Source: Eledone cirrhosa
Taxonomy: Eukaryota
NCBI GenBank assembly: GCA_964016885.1
Contig: OZ024740.1
Span: 432,636,001-432,700,000, forward strand
Length of the DNA: 64,000 nucleotides
Direction: 5' to 3'
The translations under genes and the position numbers were made by a program. The notes under the pieces are model-generated. The model was not told where the DNA came from and ran no database searches. It saw nothing but the letters and a program-made list of their open reading frames with translations. The stretch's first letter is position 1, and each line of letters opens with the position of its first letter. This document shows, piece by piece, positions 1 through 10,254 of the stretch.

Positions 1-1394
1 GTGCTTCCTTTATCCTTAAGGATCCGATGCTGCGTTCAGTCGCTAGGACTGTGACCAAGGTTCTGCCCTGTGGGTTTCACCATTTAAGGATGTGTTTACG
101 GAAGGAAGATGCGTTGGTGTTGCCATGTTCCTTGATACGAACATGTAGGGGTCGGATGGTGCTACCTATATAAAACTTGTTACATTTATCGCATTGAATC
201 TTATATACGACATAGGTGCGTAGGCAATCTGCCTCCCCGTATTGGGCAGTTGTTGAGGGAACACGTCCCATCTGACTCGTCGAGTTTGGTGGAGAGGCAT
301 CTTCGGAGCGAAGGTCCTGTGTGGGCCAAATGTATATCAAGTCCCTCCCTCCGTATGGCCCTGCGAATCGCGTTCGTGGTATATTCACTCAGGTGAGCGA
401 TTTTAAAGTAGCACCTGCTTTTATCTAAGTTTCTAGTGGGTGTCTGTCTATTGGGTCTGGGGTCTCTAATTCCATTAATCAGTCACTTGGGATATCCATT
501 AGACTTGAGTAGATTACGGAATTGCGTGGTATGGGTGAGACCACCCATCGGGTCGCTGCATCTATTAGTGATCTGTATAAGTTCATTTAGGACATAGCCT
601 CTCTTAGCGTTGTTGGGGAGGGCTGAGTTGTAATGCACAAATAAGTCCTTGCACGCTGCCTTGCGGTAGAAGGTGGTGTTTATGTCTCCTTCTTCCGAGA
701 TGTTGATACGGAAGTCGAGGAGGGCGAGTGACCCGTCTTCTTCAGGGTGTTCGATGGTGAAATCGACGTGATGGTCAATGTGGTTAAAGATTTGGTGAAT
801 TTCATTCGCCATCTCCCGGGAAGAAGTGAGTATCAGTATGTCATCAACGTATCTGGAGTAGAAGGCGACGGCATTGGGTTGGCAGGTGTTGAGTGCCTTG
901 CGTTCCAGGTGGTCCATGTACGAGATCGCAAGTATGCCGGACAGACTAGAGCCCATAGGTAGCCCAGAGATCTGTTTGTACGTGTGGCCGAGGAAATTAA
1001 AGAATGCATTATCTACAACGAAGGAGAGGAGTTGGTGGATGTCCGTGTGTGTGAGACCGAAGTAGTGTAAGTTAGATGATCGGACTCGTTCGGTTAACAG
1101 GTACGGAGGTATAAAGGGCGACCACATCAAGACTGAAGGCATATCCGTTGTCCTTTCTGGTGTTGGGCGCCAAATGGTGTAGTCGCTCCAAGACCTCCTT
1201 TGAGCTGCAGACGTGGGCTGGTAGTGTGTGTAGAATGGGTTTCAGTAGTGTGGAAAGCAGCCACGATATTTTGTAAAGTGGGCCCTCCACGCTAGAGACA
1301 ATGGGCCCGATTTTCAAATCGGGTCCTTGTTTATGGGTTTTCACCAGGTGGTAGAAGGTGGGTAGTTTGCTGTTTCTAGTCGTTATACTGTTTC
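1..1394 (-). mobile_element. Penelope-like retroelement (RT + C-terminal GIY-YIG endonuclease), 5'-truncated and decayed; possibly Naiad-type; runs off the window start
   Basis: Minus-strand translation across three frames gives PLE RT motifs LPTFYHLVKTHK..KIGPIVSSVEGP, FSLDVVALYTSVP, YKQISGLPMGSSLSGILA, YSRYVDD, FTIEHPEEDGSLALLDF and FYRKAACKDLFVHYNSALP. These are followed by a Cys linker (CSLNNCP..C) and GIY-YIG VVYKIQCDKCNKFYIGSTIRPLHVRIKEH...LRIKEA. Disablements: frameshifts near 1095 and 237, in-frame TGA at 485-483 and 79-77. Confidence 0.9.
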
Positions 1395-1414
1395 TACTAC
1401 TATATATACTACTA

Positions 1415-1767
1415 TTCTGGCGTCACGCAGTAATACAGGGTACCCGACCTCCCATGGGTACATGCTGAAGCATATAAACAATATGCCCCCACTCCCCCCA
1501 CCGCAAGGTGGTCGTGGAGGTGCCACGGCAAAAAAGCACCCAGCCCACACTGTAAAGTGGACGTGTAGGCGCCACGAAAAAGTACCCAGCACTCACTGTA
1601 AATGAGGTTGGTGTTAGGAAGGGCATCCAGCTGTAGAAATCAAGCCAGATCAGTTCCTGTATGAGCAAGGCATGGTCAGCCGACCAGACACTGCCCACAA
1701 CAGGACAACCCGTCTAACCCATGCTAGCATGGAAGAACGGACGTAAAACGGTGATGATGATGATGAT
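1415..1767 (+). mobile_element. RTE-type LINE subfamily A, 3'-terminal fragment (ORF end + 3'UTR + (GAT)n tail)
   Basis: Near-identical to 8225-8577. Contains GTTGGTGTTAGGAAGGGCATCCAGC and ends in GTGATGATGATGATGAT joined to (AT)n. Confidence 0.9.
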
Positions 1768-2442
1768 ATATATATATATATAACACTACTATATATATAA
1801 CACTACTATATATATATATAACACTACTATATATAACTCTACTATATATATATAACACTACTATATATATATAACACTACTATATATATAACTCTACTAT
1901 ATATATATAACACTACTATATATATATATATATAACACTACTATATATATATATATATAACACTACTATATATATATATATATAACACTACTATATATAT
2001 ATATAACACTACTATATATATATATAACACTACTATATATATATATAACACTACTATATATACAACTCTACTATATATATATAACACTACTATATATATA
2101 TATAACACTACTATATATATATATATAACACTACTATATATATAACACTACTATATATATATATAACACTACTATATATATATATAACACTACTATATAT
2201 ATATATAACACTACTATATATATATATAACACTACTATATATATAACTCTACTATATATATATAACACTACTATATATATATATAACACTACTATATATA
2301 TATATAACACTACTATATATATATATATAACACTACTATATATATATATATAACACTACTATATATATATATAACACTACAATATATATATATAACACTA
2401 CAATATATATATATATAAAACTACTATATATATAACACTACT
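1768..2442. repeat. Compound minisatellite [ACACTACT(AT)n A], block 1
   Basis: Tandem units AACACTACT followed by a variable (AT)n tract; variants AACTCTAC and AAAACTAC. Confidence 0.97.
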
Positions 2443-5400
2443 CATCATCATCATCATCATCAACGTTTAACGTCCGTGTTCCACGCTTGCATGGGTTTGG
2501 ACGGGGGTAGTCCCACTTGAGGCAAGAGTGATTGTCTTGCTCGCATAGGACTGTCTGGCAGGTTTTCTACAGTTGGATGCCCTTCCTAACACCAACCACA
2601 TTTACAGTGTGGGTCTGGGAGGTTTTTACCGTGTTGCCTACACGGCCACATTACAGCGTGGACTGTGTGTTTTTTTGTCGTGACACCTACACGATCTCAT
2701 TTGTTTCGGGCTGGATGGCGCGGCACCAACATAACTTTACATAGAACGGGGTGGTGTGGATGGCGTGGGGGTGGTGGCGGGACGGGGTGTATTTTGTTAG
2801 AGATGCCTACTGGCTGGAGTAGGTTTTACTATATATTTAGGTAAGGCGGGTCTTCTCTGTTACTGAGTACCGCCAAAGGTCTCGGTCCAGTGACATTGTC
2901 TTGGAGAGGTGTAAGTGTGTGAGGTCGGAGTTTATCAGCTCGTCCCAGGTTTTTCTTGGTCTGCCTACTCCGTGGCTACCGTCTATCTTTATTGCCCTGC
3001 ACTTTGTTATACAGCTATCGACTTTCATGCGCCTCACGTGTCCATACCAACGTAGCCTTCTCTCGAGTAAACAACATCTGATCCCTTTTATTTCTAATTT
3101 TTTCCTTAGTTCGTTTATGCTTTGCCGTTCACGTATATTACTGTTACACATCCAGCGGAGCATGCAAGCTTCGTCCCTCTCTAGTCTGCGTATATCCTCT
3201 GCACACAATGCCCAGGTCTCACTGCCGTGCAACATTGCTGTTCATATGCAGGCATCGTACAACCTGCCTTTCATTTTTAGGGAGAACCCTTTAGCAGCTA
3301 ATAGTGGTATAAGCTCTCTGAACTTTTTCCAACTAGTTCTGACTCTAGCTACTGTACTTTCAGAGCACCCTCCCCCACTGCTGATTTTATCGCCCAGGTA
3401 ACGGAAGCTGTCCACTATTTCTATAGAACCCTCTGCGCAATTGAAAGAGCTAGTATTTTGTGGGCACTTGCTGCTACTTATTGTACCAGAGCACCGGCCA
3501 CATGTAAAATCTATGTTCTTAGTTAGCTTACCTGTGATCCCACTACATCTTTTATGCACCCATACATTGTATTTAGGACATAAAATGGAGTTTCTACCTA
3601 CGCCTTTCCTACACACTGAGAATGGCCACTTCCCGGAGGGGACAGCCGCCTTATTTTCTTCCCTACAAACTAGAACTTTAGTCTTAGCCAGGTTAATTTT
3701 AAGTCCTTTTGATTCTAGGCCGTGCTTCCATGTTTGGAATTTCTTCTCTAGCTCGGCCATTGATTCAGCTATGAGTGTCAGGTCGTCTGCGTATAGGAGT
3801 TCCCATGGGCAGCCGGTCTTGAACTCCTCTGTTATAGCCTGAAGGGCAATAATAAATAGTAGGGGGCTGAGAACAGAGCCCTGATGGACGCCAACTTTTA
3901 CGCTAAACTCTTCACTATATTCGTTGTTAACGATGATGCTGCTACGCCAGTCCTTCGGAACAACCCTATTCTGTACGACTTGGTTAACTATGCGGGTGAC
4001 CATGGTGTGTCCCACCGTGCCAGATGCCTTCAGCATCTCACCAACTATTTCCGAAGGCCCAGCCGCCTTACCTGTCTTCATATCCTTGATTGCCTTACTT
4101 ATTATACTCCCCTCGACTAACACTGCTGGTCCCTCTATTGGGTCGATGTGGGGGAGACTGTCTTTCTCCCATTTATTCTCCTCATTTAGTAGCCTTTCAT
4201 AGTGACACTTCCAAGCTACCTTCTTATCAGCGTCGGTGATGGCAAGTACGCCGTCATCATTAAGTACACACTTCTCCCCGACAATATCACGGTTTTCCTT
4301 GACGCATTGCCTAGCAATCCTGAACACCTCACGTTTTTGGTCCTCGCGTTGTAGAACATGCTTGAACTTTCTTTCCTCTGCTTCCCTTCTTGCTAAGTAC
4401 ACTTGTCTCCTAGCTTCCCTCCTGGCCACTTGATAGTCTTCTCTACCTCCCCCATCCCGCCATACTTTCCAAGCCTGCTTTTTGGCCTTAATTGACCCCT
4501 CCACCTTACTGTTCCACCACCATGTTACTCTCCTCCTGCCTACAGGCCTGCTCCTGCCACAGACTTCGTCTGTCGCCATCAGCAGGTTTGCTTTCAGAAA
4601 TTCCCACTGTTCCTCTATATTGTACGACTCTAAATGCTCTTCCTTACTGTCGAAAGCATCAAGTAATATGCTTTGAAATTTATTTCTGGCTGTGGGGTCC
4701 TTTAGCTTCCATATTTTTCTCCTGAGGATAGTCCTCTTCTGCTGTCGAGTACGTCTCGTCCTGACTATGAGGTCGCTAATTATCAGTCTATGTTGGGAGG
4801 TGCATTCTTCATATGGGAGGAATTTAGTGTTTACAACAGACACTCTGTCACGTCTTCTGGTAAGGATATAATCTACCTGGCTTGTGTGTTCCCCGGATCT
4901 ATAGGTGATCAGGTGATTGTCACGTTTTTTGAAGTTAGTGTTACAGATAGTTAGGTTATTTGCGTCACAGAATTCCAGGATTCTGGAGTCTTCCTCATTT
5001 CTAGTACCAAACCCATAGCCTCCATGGATTTCGTCGTAGCCGTCACAATGTTGTCCAACGTGACCATTTAGGTCGCCTGCAATAATTATATAGTCACTGT
5101 CGGATATTTGGGAGGTAGTGAGCATCAGTGTCTCATAGAATCTGTCTTTTATAGTGCCAGGCAGTCCGGATTGGGGTGCGTACGCAGATATTATTGTCAC
5201 CGTAGTTCTATTGAGAACAAGTCGTATTTTAATTATTCTGTCGTTCGCTCTATTTACGTCTATTATCTTATCTGCCCACTTTTCTGCTACCATGATTCCG
5301 ACTCCACCCAGCCCATCGTCGTTTCCCACCCAGAAAAGCTTATAACATCGTTTTTTACCCTCAATGAATCTAGCAGACCCACCCCTCCACCTGGTCTCTT

Positions 5401-5557
5401 GAATACAACAAACATCGATCTCCTTACGTTCAAGCATTTCTACAACCTCGTTAGCGCGACCCTTTAGGGTGCCTACATTTATGGTACCAACTCTGAAGTT
5501 TGGGATTGCGTTTGGAGGGTGGGGGCGGTGGGGGACGGGGGGGGAGATGGGGTTATG
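2443..5557 (-). mobile_element. RTE-type LINE subfamily B, near full-length, non-functional
   Basis: (GAT)n tail at 2443-2460 (reads TCATCA on +), 3'UTR with the AGGAAGGGCATCC motif, and a single APE-RT reading frame. The 5' limit is uncertain and may extend to about 6510. Confidence 0.92.
2837..5500 (-). pseudogene. RTE LINE ORF: APE endonuclease + reverse transcriptase + Cys-rich (PHD-like) insert; one nonsense codon and an internal in-frame deletion
   Basis: FRVGTINVGTLKGR..CIQETRW, SAYAPQ, IIAGDLNGHVG, QVDYIL and SQHRLI (APE). GVHQGSVLSPLLF, LLYADD, GLKINLAKTK and FRYLG (RT). ERRLRWYGHV..GRPRKTW (RTE C-terminus). ORFs 3242..5437 and 2837..3235 are in the same frame, separated by TGA where the paralogue at 7829 has CGA (YDASIRTAMLHG). 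Confidence 0.92.
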
Positions 5558-5744
5558 TTAGCCGTCCGCGGTCGAAACAAAGAGGAGTGCTCGCATTCTC
5601 GTCCACGAGGTGAATTTGTCTTTATCTTTGGCATTTTCGCTGAGCGTCCAGATTTTTCTCTCTCTTCCACTCTCCAGGATTCCGCAGTCCGTCCATCCAT
5701 CCATCCATCCATCATGTATCGAAAAGCAACCGGGCAAGCGATAG

Positions 5745-5875
5745 TATAGGCCTCTGGCTTATGATTGGTCCGCGTAATAACAATGGTGTTGTGTGGGGGC
5801 TCTGGCTTATGATTGGTCCACGTAATAACAATGGTGGTGCGTGGGGGCGGAATGGTGCTGCGTGGGGGCGGGTGG
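5745..5875 (-). promoter_or_regulatory. Candidate Pol II promoter: two GC boxes, two CCAAT boxes (in a 48-bp tandem duplication) and a weak TATA-like TATACT
   Basis: GGGGGCGG at about 5843 and 5864 (+), and ATTGG at about 5764 and 5812 (CCAAT on -). Order on the - strand is GC, GC, CCAAT, CCAAT, TATA-like, pointing into the LINE ORF. Motif-only evidence. Confidence 0.35.
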
Positions 5876-5897
5876 GAGGGATGTTGGGTAGCTAGCT

Positions 5898-6510
5898 GGA
5901 AGGTTAGGATTGTATGCGATCCCCGTTTTTAACAAGCGATTAACCAAAAAAAAAAAAAAAAATACAAGATTTGTTCTGTTCAATACGACAAAAACTCCCG
6001 TATTTAACATAAATAACAAAAAATACAGATTTGCTCTAGGAAAACGTTCGCTACATTTAGGATTTTGCAAGATTGGATGTTTGGACTAGGTACGAAATTG
6101 AAGCATGGAGTTGATAGAAAAATGTGTACATTACGATTACATGGTACACCGTAGTAGGGACAGCAAATGAATTGGCGAAAGTGAGTAACTTGAAGGGGAG
6201 TTTTTATCTTATATATATATATGTAGCTAAGAGAGAGAGAGGGGGGGGGAGAGAGAGAGAGAGAGAGAGATGGATGTAGGTATTGGCGTGGCTAACCGCA
6301 GGCCCTCGTGAAGTAGAGGGAGGGGGTCTGGGGTAGAAGCGGGATTTTTGACTTTTCGAAGTAGCATAATATATTTAAAGGAATTTATAAGAAGCAGAAG
6401 GGAAGGATTTTGTTTTGTTTTGAGAATACGATAGAATTAAGGAATTAAAGGAATTAAGGTTTGTTGGAAGGTTAGGATTGTATGTGATCCCCGTGTTTAA
6501 CAAGCGATTA
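5898..6510. repeat. 45-bp direct repeat pair (5898-5942 and 6466-6510)
   Basis: GGAAGGTTAGGATTGTATG(C/T)GATCCCCGT(T/G)TTTAACAAGCGATTA occurs twice with 2 mismatches. The second copy abuts the minisatellite. Confidence 0.85.
6231..6270. repeat. (GA)n microsatellite interrupted by a G run
   Basis: GAGAGAGAGA GGGGGGGGGA (GA)10 read directly. Confidence 0.95.
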
Positions 6511-6512
6511 CA

Positions 6513-6933
6513 AAAACTACTATATATATATATATAACACTACTATATATACATAACACTACTATATATATATAACACTACAATATATATATAACACTAC
6601 TATATATACATAACACTACTATATATATATATACATAACACTACTATATATAACACTACCATATATATATATAACACTACTATATATATATATATAACAC
6701 TACTATATATATATATAACACTACCATATATATATATAACACTACTATATATATATATAACACTACTATATATATATATATAACACTACTATATATATAT
6801 GACACTACTATATATATATAACACTACTATATATATATATATAACACTACTATATATATATGACACTACTATATATATATAACACTACTATATATATATA
6901 TAACACTACTATGTATATAACACTACGATATAT
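6513..6933. repeat. Compound minisatellite [ACACTACT(AT)n A], block 2
   Basis: Same unit as 1768-2442. Confidence 0.97.
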
Positions 6934-7141
6934 ATCATCATCATCATCAGGTTCAGCGTCCGTGTTCCACGCTTGCATGGGTTTGGACGGGGGTTTTCCC
7001 ACTTGAAGCAAGAGTGGTTGTCTTGCCCGCATAGGACTGTCTGGCGGGTTTTCTATGCCTGGATGCCCTTCCTAACACCAACCACATTTACAGTGTGGGG
7101 CTGGGAGGTTTTTACCGTGTTGCCTACACGGCCACATTTAC
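6934..7141 (-). mobile_element. RTE LINE subfamily B, about 200-bp 3'-end fragment with (GAT)n tail
   Basis: Colinear with and highly similar to 2443-2654 (TCATCATC..CGTCCGTGTTCCACGCTTGCATGGGTTTGGACGG..GGATGCCCTTCCTAACACCAACC). Confidence 0.9.
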
Positions 7142-7523
7142 ATATATATATATATAACACTACTATAAATAACACTACTATATATATAAATAACACTACT
7201 ATATTTATATATAACACTACTATCTATATATATAACACTACTATATATATATATAACACTACTATATATATATATAACACTACTATATATATATATATAT
7301 ATAACACTACTATATATAACTCTACTATATATCTATAACACTACTATATATATATATATAACTCTACTATATATATATATATAACACTACTATATATATA
7401 TAACACTACTATATATATATATATATATATATATAACACTACAATATATATATAACACTACTATATATATATATATATAAAACTACTATATATATATATA
7501 AAACTACTATATATATATAAAAC

Positions 7524-7559
<36 letters not shown>

Positions 7560-7687
7560 CACTACTATATATATATATAACACTACAATATATATATATA
7601 TATCACTACAATATATATATATAACACTACAATATATATATATATATAACACTACTATATATATATATAAAACTACTATATATAACA
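7142..7687. repeat. Compound minisatellite [ACACTACT(AT)n A], block 3
   Basis: Same unit as the other blocks. Confidence 0.97.
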
Positions 7688-8577
7688 GTAGACAGCTGCT
7701 GCTACCTAGGTGACCGAATTAGCAACGGAGGTGGGTGCTCAGAAAGTACAATAACTAGGGTAAGAACGGGATGGAAGAAGTTTAGGGAACTACTACCACT
7801 GCTAGCTGCAAAAGGCTTCTCCCTCAGAATGAAAGGCAGACTGTATGATGCGTCTATCCGAACAGCGATGTTGCATGGTAGTGAGACCTGGGCGCTGAAG
7901 GTGGAAGACTTACGTAGATTAGAGAGAAACGAAGCCTGCATGCTCCAATGGATGTGTAACAGTAATATACGTGAACGACAAAGCATAAATGAATTGAGAG
8001 AGAGACTGAGCATAAGAGGAATCAAATGCTGCGTGCAGGAGAGGCGGTTACGCTGGTATGGACATGTGATGCGTATGAAGGATGACAGCTGCATAAAAAG
8101 GTGCAGAGCACTACAAGTTGATGGAAACCGCGGAGTGGGGAGACCCAAGATGACTTGGGATGAGGTGATAGAAGCCGACCTTACCCAACTACACCTCTCA
8201 AAGACAATGACACACGACCGTGACTTCTGGCGTCACGCAGTAATACAGAGTACCCGACCTCCCATGGGTACATGCTGAAGCATATAAACAATATGCCCCC
8301 ACACCCCCCACCGCAAGGTAGTCGTGGAGGTGCCACGGCAAAAAAGCACCCAGCCCACACTGTAAAGTGGACGTGTAGGCGCCACGAAAAAGCACCCAGC
8401 ACTCACTGTAAATGAGGTTGGTGTTAGGAAGGGCATCCAGCTGTAGAAATCAAGCCAGATCAGTTCCTGTATGAGCAAGGCATGGTCAGCCGACCAGACA
8501 CTGCCCACAACAGGACAACCCGTCTAACCCATGCTAGCGTGGAAGAACGGACGTAAAACGGTGATGATGATGATGAT
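7688..8577 (+). mobile_element. RTE LINE subfamily A, 5'-truncated (C-terminal ORF part + 3'UTR + (GAT)n tail)
   Basis: Open frame VDSCCYLGDRISNGGGCSES..WKKFRELLPLL..MKGRLYDASIRTAMLHGSETW..ERRLRWYGHV..GRPKMTW up to the stop at 8278, homologous to the minus-strand ORF at 2837-3420. Tail GTGATGATGATGATGAT. Confidence 0.92.
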
Positions 8578-9318
8578 ATATATAACTCTACTACATATAT
8601 ATATATATATATATATAACACTACTATATATATATAACACTACTATATATATATAACACTATATATATATAACACTATATATATATATATATATAACACT
8701 ACTATATATATATATAATACTACTATATATATATATAACACTACTATATATATATATAACACTACTATATATATATAACACTACTATATATATATATAAC
8801 ACTACTATATATATATATAACACTACTATATATATATATAACACTACTATATATATATATAACACTACTATATATATATATATAACACTACTATATATAT
8901 ATATATAACACTACTTATATATATATATATATAACACTACTTATATATATATATATATAACACTACTATATATATATATATAACACTACTATATATATAT
9001 AACACTACTATATATATATAACACTACTATATATATATATAACACTACTATATATATATATATAACACTACTATATATATATAACACTACTATATATATA
9101 TATAACACTACTATATATATATATATATAACACTACTATATATATATAACACTACTATATATATATATATAACACTACTATATATATATAACACTACTAT
9201 ATATATATATAACACTACTATATATATATATAACACTACTATATATATATATATATAACACTACTATATATATATATATAACACTACTATATATATATAT
9301 AACACTACTATATATATA
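8578..9318. repeat. Compound minisatellite [ACACTACT(AT)n A], block 4
   Basis: Same unit as the other blocks. Confidence 0.97.
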
Positions 9319-9460
9319 GAAGGCTACTTAGCAACCACCAACATTCAACTAATAACTGACTTAAAGATAGATTTCTACTTCGAAATTGACAGAAAATTTA
9401 TGTCAACATTTAGTCACTGAATATATTTTCTAAGTATGACATGTCGCTTGCTCTCCCAGA

Positions 9461-9767
9461 GTGCTGGTGTCATGACAACGACACCCAGTCCACTCTGTAT
9501 GGTGGTAGTGCTGGTGTCATGATAAAAAACATCCAGTCCACCCTGTAAAGTGGTAGTGCTGGTGTCATGACAAATAGCCCCCAGTCCACTCTGTATGGTG
9601 GTAGTGCTGGTGACATTACATACAAAGACACCCAGTCCACCCTGTAAGGTGGTAGTGTTGTTGTCAAAACAAAAAGCTTCCAGTCCCCTCTGTAATTTTG
9701 CGTTGGTGACACCACAAAAAAATCCTCTAGTAATGTAGTTGTCATTAAGAAGGTCATCTAGTTGTAA
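9461..9767 (+). repeat. Degenerate short tandem array (about 6 units of 47-51 bp) related to the satellite and ending in a decayed RTE 3'UTR motif
   Basis: GTGCTGGTGTCA-type unit starts at 9461, 9508, 9556, 9604, 9655 and about 9700, most containing CCAGTCCAC(T/C)CTGTA..GTGG. The terminal GTAGTTGTCATTAAGAAGGTCATCTAGTTGTAA resembles GTGGTTGGTGTTAGGAAGGGCATCCAGCTGTAG. Confidence 0.8.
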
Positions 9768-9828
9768 CTAAGTAAAAAATGGATCACAACACAAACTGAC
9801 ATTGTAAATATATTTAAAAACTCATTAC

Positions 9829-9902
9829 CTATTTGTTTCTTTTGCTGCTTGTTGCTGAGCTTTACTCAGTTCTTTGCGGAGTTCACAGTTTTCTTCTCGA
9901 AG
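9829..9902 (-). CDS. ENTR1: Internal coding exon of an ENTR1/SDCCAG3-like gene (start of coiled coil)
   Basis: Acceptor tataattttctgtctcAG and donor GTaatgag. The 74 nt encode LREENCELRKELSKAQQQAAKETN(R), in phase 0 with the upstream exon. It resembles the ENTR1 coiled-coil start (LKDENSKLRRKL..., recalled from the human protein). Confidence 0.75.
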
Positions 9903-10254
9903 CTGAGACAGAAAATTATATTTAAGTCAAAACTGAATTCTTTCATCTTCTATTCAATATTTTTAAGGAAAAAAATAACATTAAAAAATATCTCTCTTAT
10001 TACATTAGAAATTGAAACTTCCAACATAAGCATTAACCCTTTCATGACTGTATTTCTGAGTAGAACACCTAAGCATTCCAATTTCAATACAATCAAGATT
10101 TTGGGAGGGTTTAAAAAAAAATACCTGTAACTTTATATATTGGTTTATCATGCTGGTGTTGATCATCTGATATCTCACGTTATCATTGATGTTGTAATGA
10201 GATTTTACTTTATATATGAACACTTTAGTAGAGACAATGTCAGGTAGGTTACTA

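Noticed and set aside
77-485. In-frame TGA codons in the PLE as selenocysteine codons
   Set aside because: They do not clearly fall on conserved Cys positions and the copy also has frameshifts; CGA-to-TGA decay is simpler. Needs a family consensus.
2901-5467. Plus-strand ORFs over the LINE (166, 133, 119 aa and others)
   Set aside because: Antisense shadows of the RTE reading frame with no recognisable motifs.
5515-5552. G-quadruplex-like G tracts (also 2748-2790)
   Set aside because: G runs are present, but such tracts are common in LINE UTRs and nothing here supports a function.
5752-5847. 48-bp tandem duplication as a relative of the 48-bp satellite
   Set aside because: Same period but no sequence similarity to the monomer on either strand.
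6973-8865. ORFs rich in YI/NTT repeats
   Set aside because: Translations of the (AT)n-ACACTAC minisatellite.
10033-10115. piggyBac-like end TTAACCCTTT
   Set aside because: No convincing matching inverted end; only a degenerate GAGGGTTTAA nearby.
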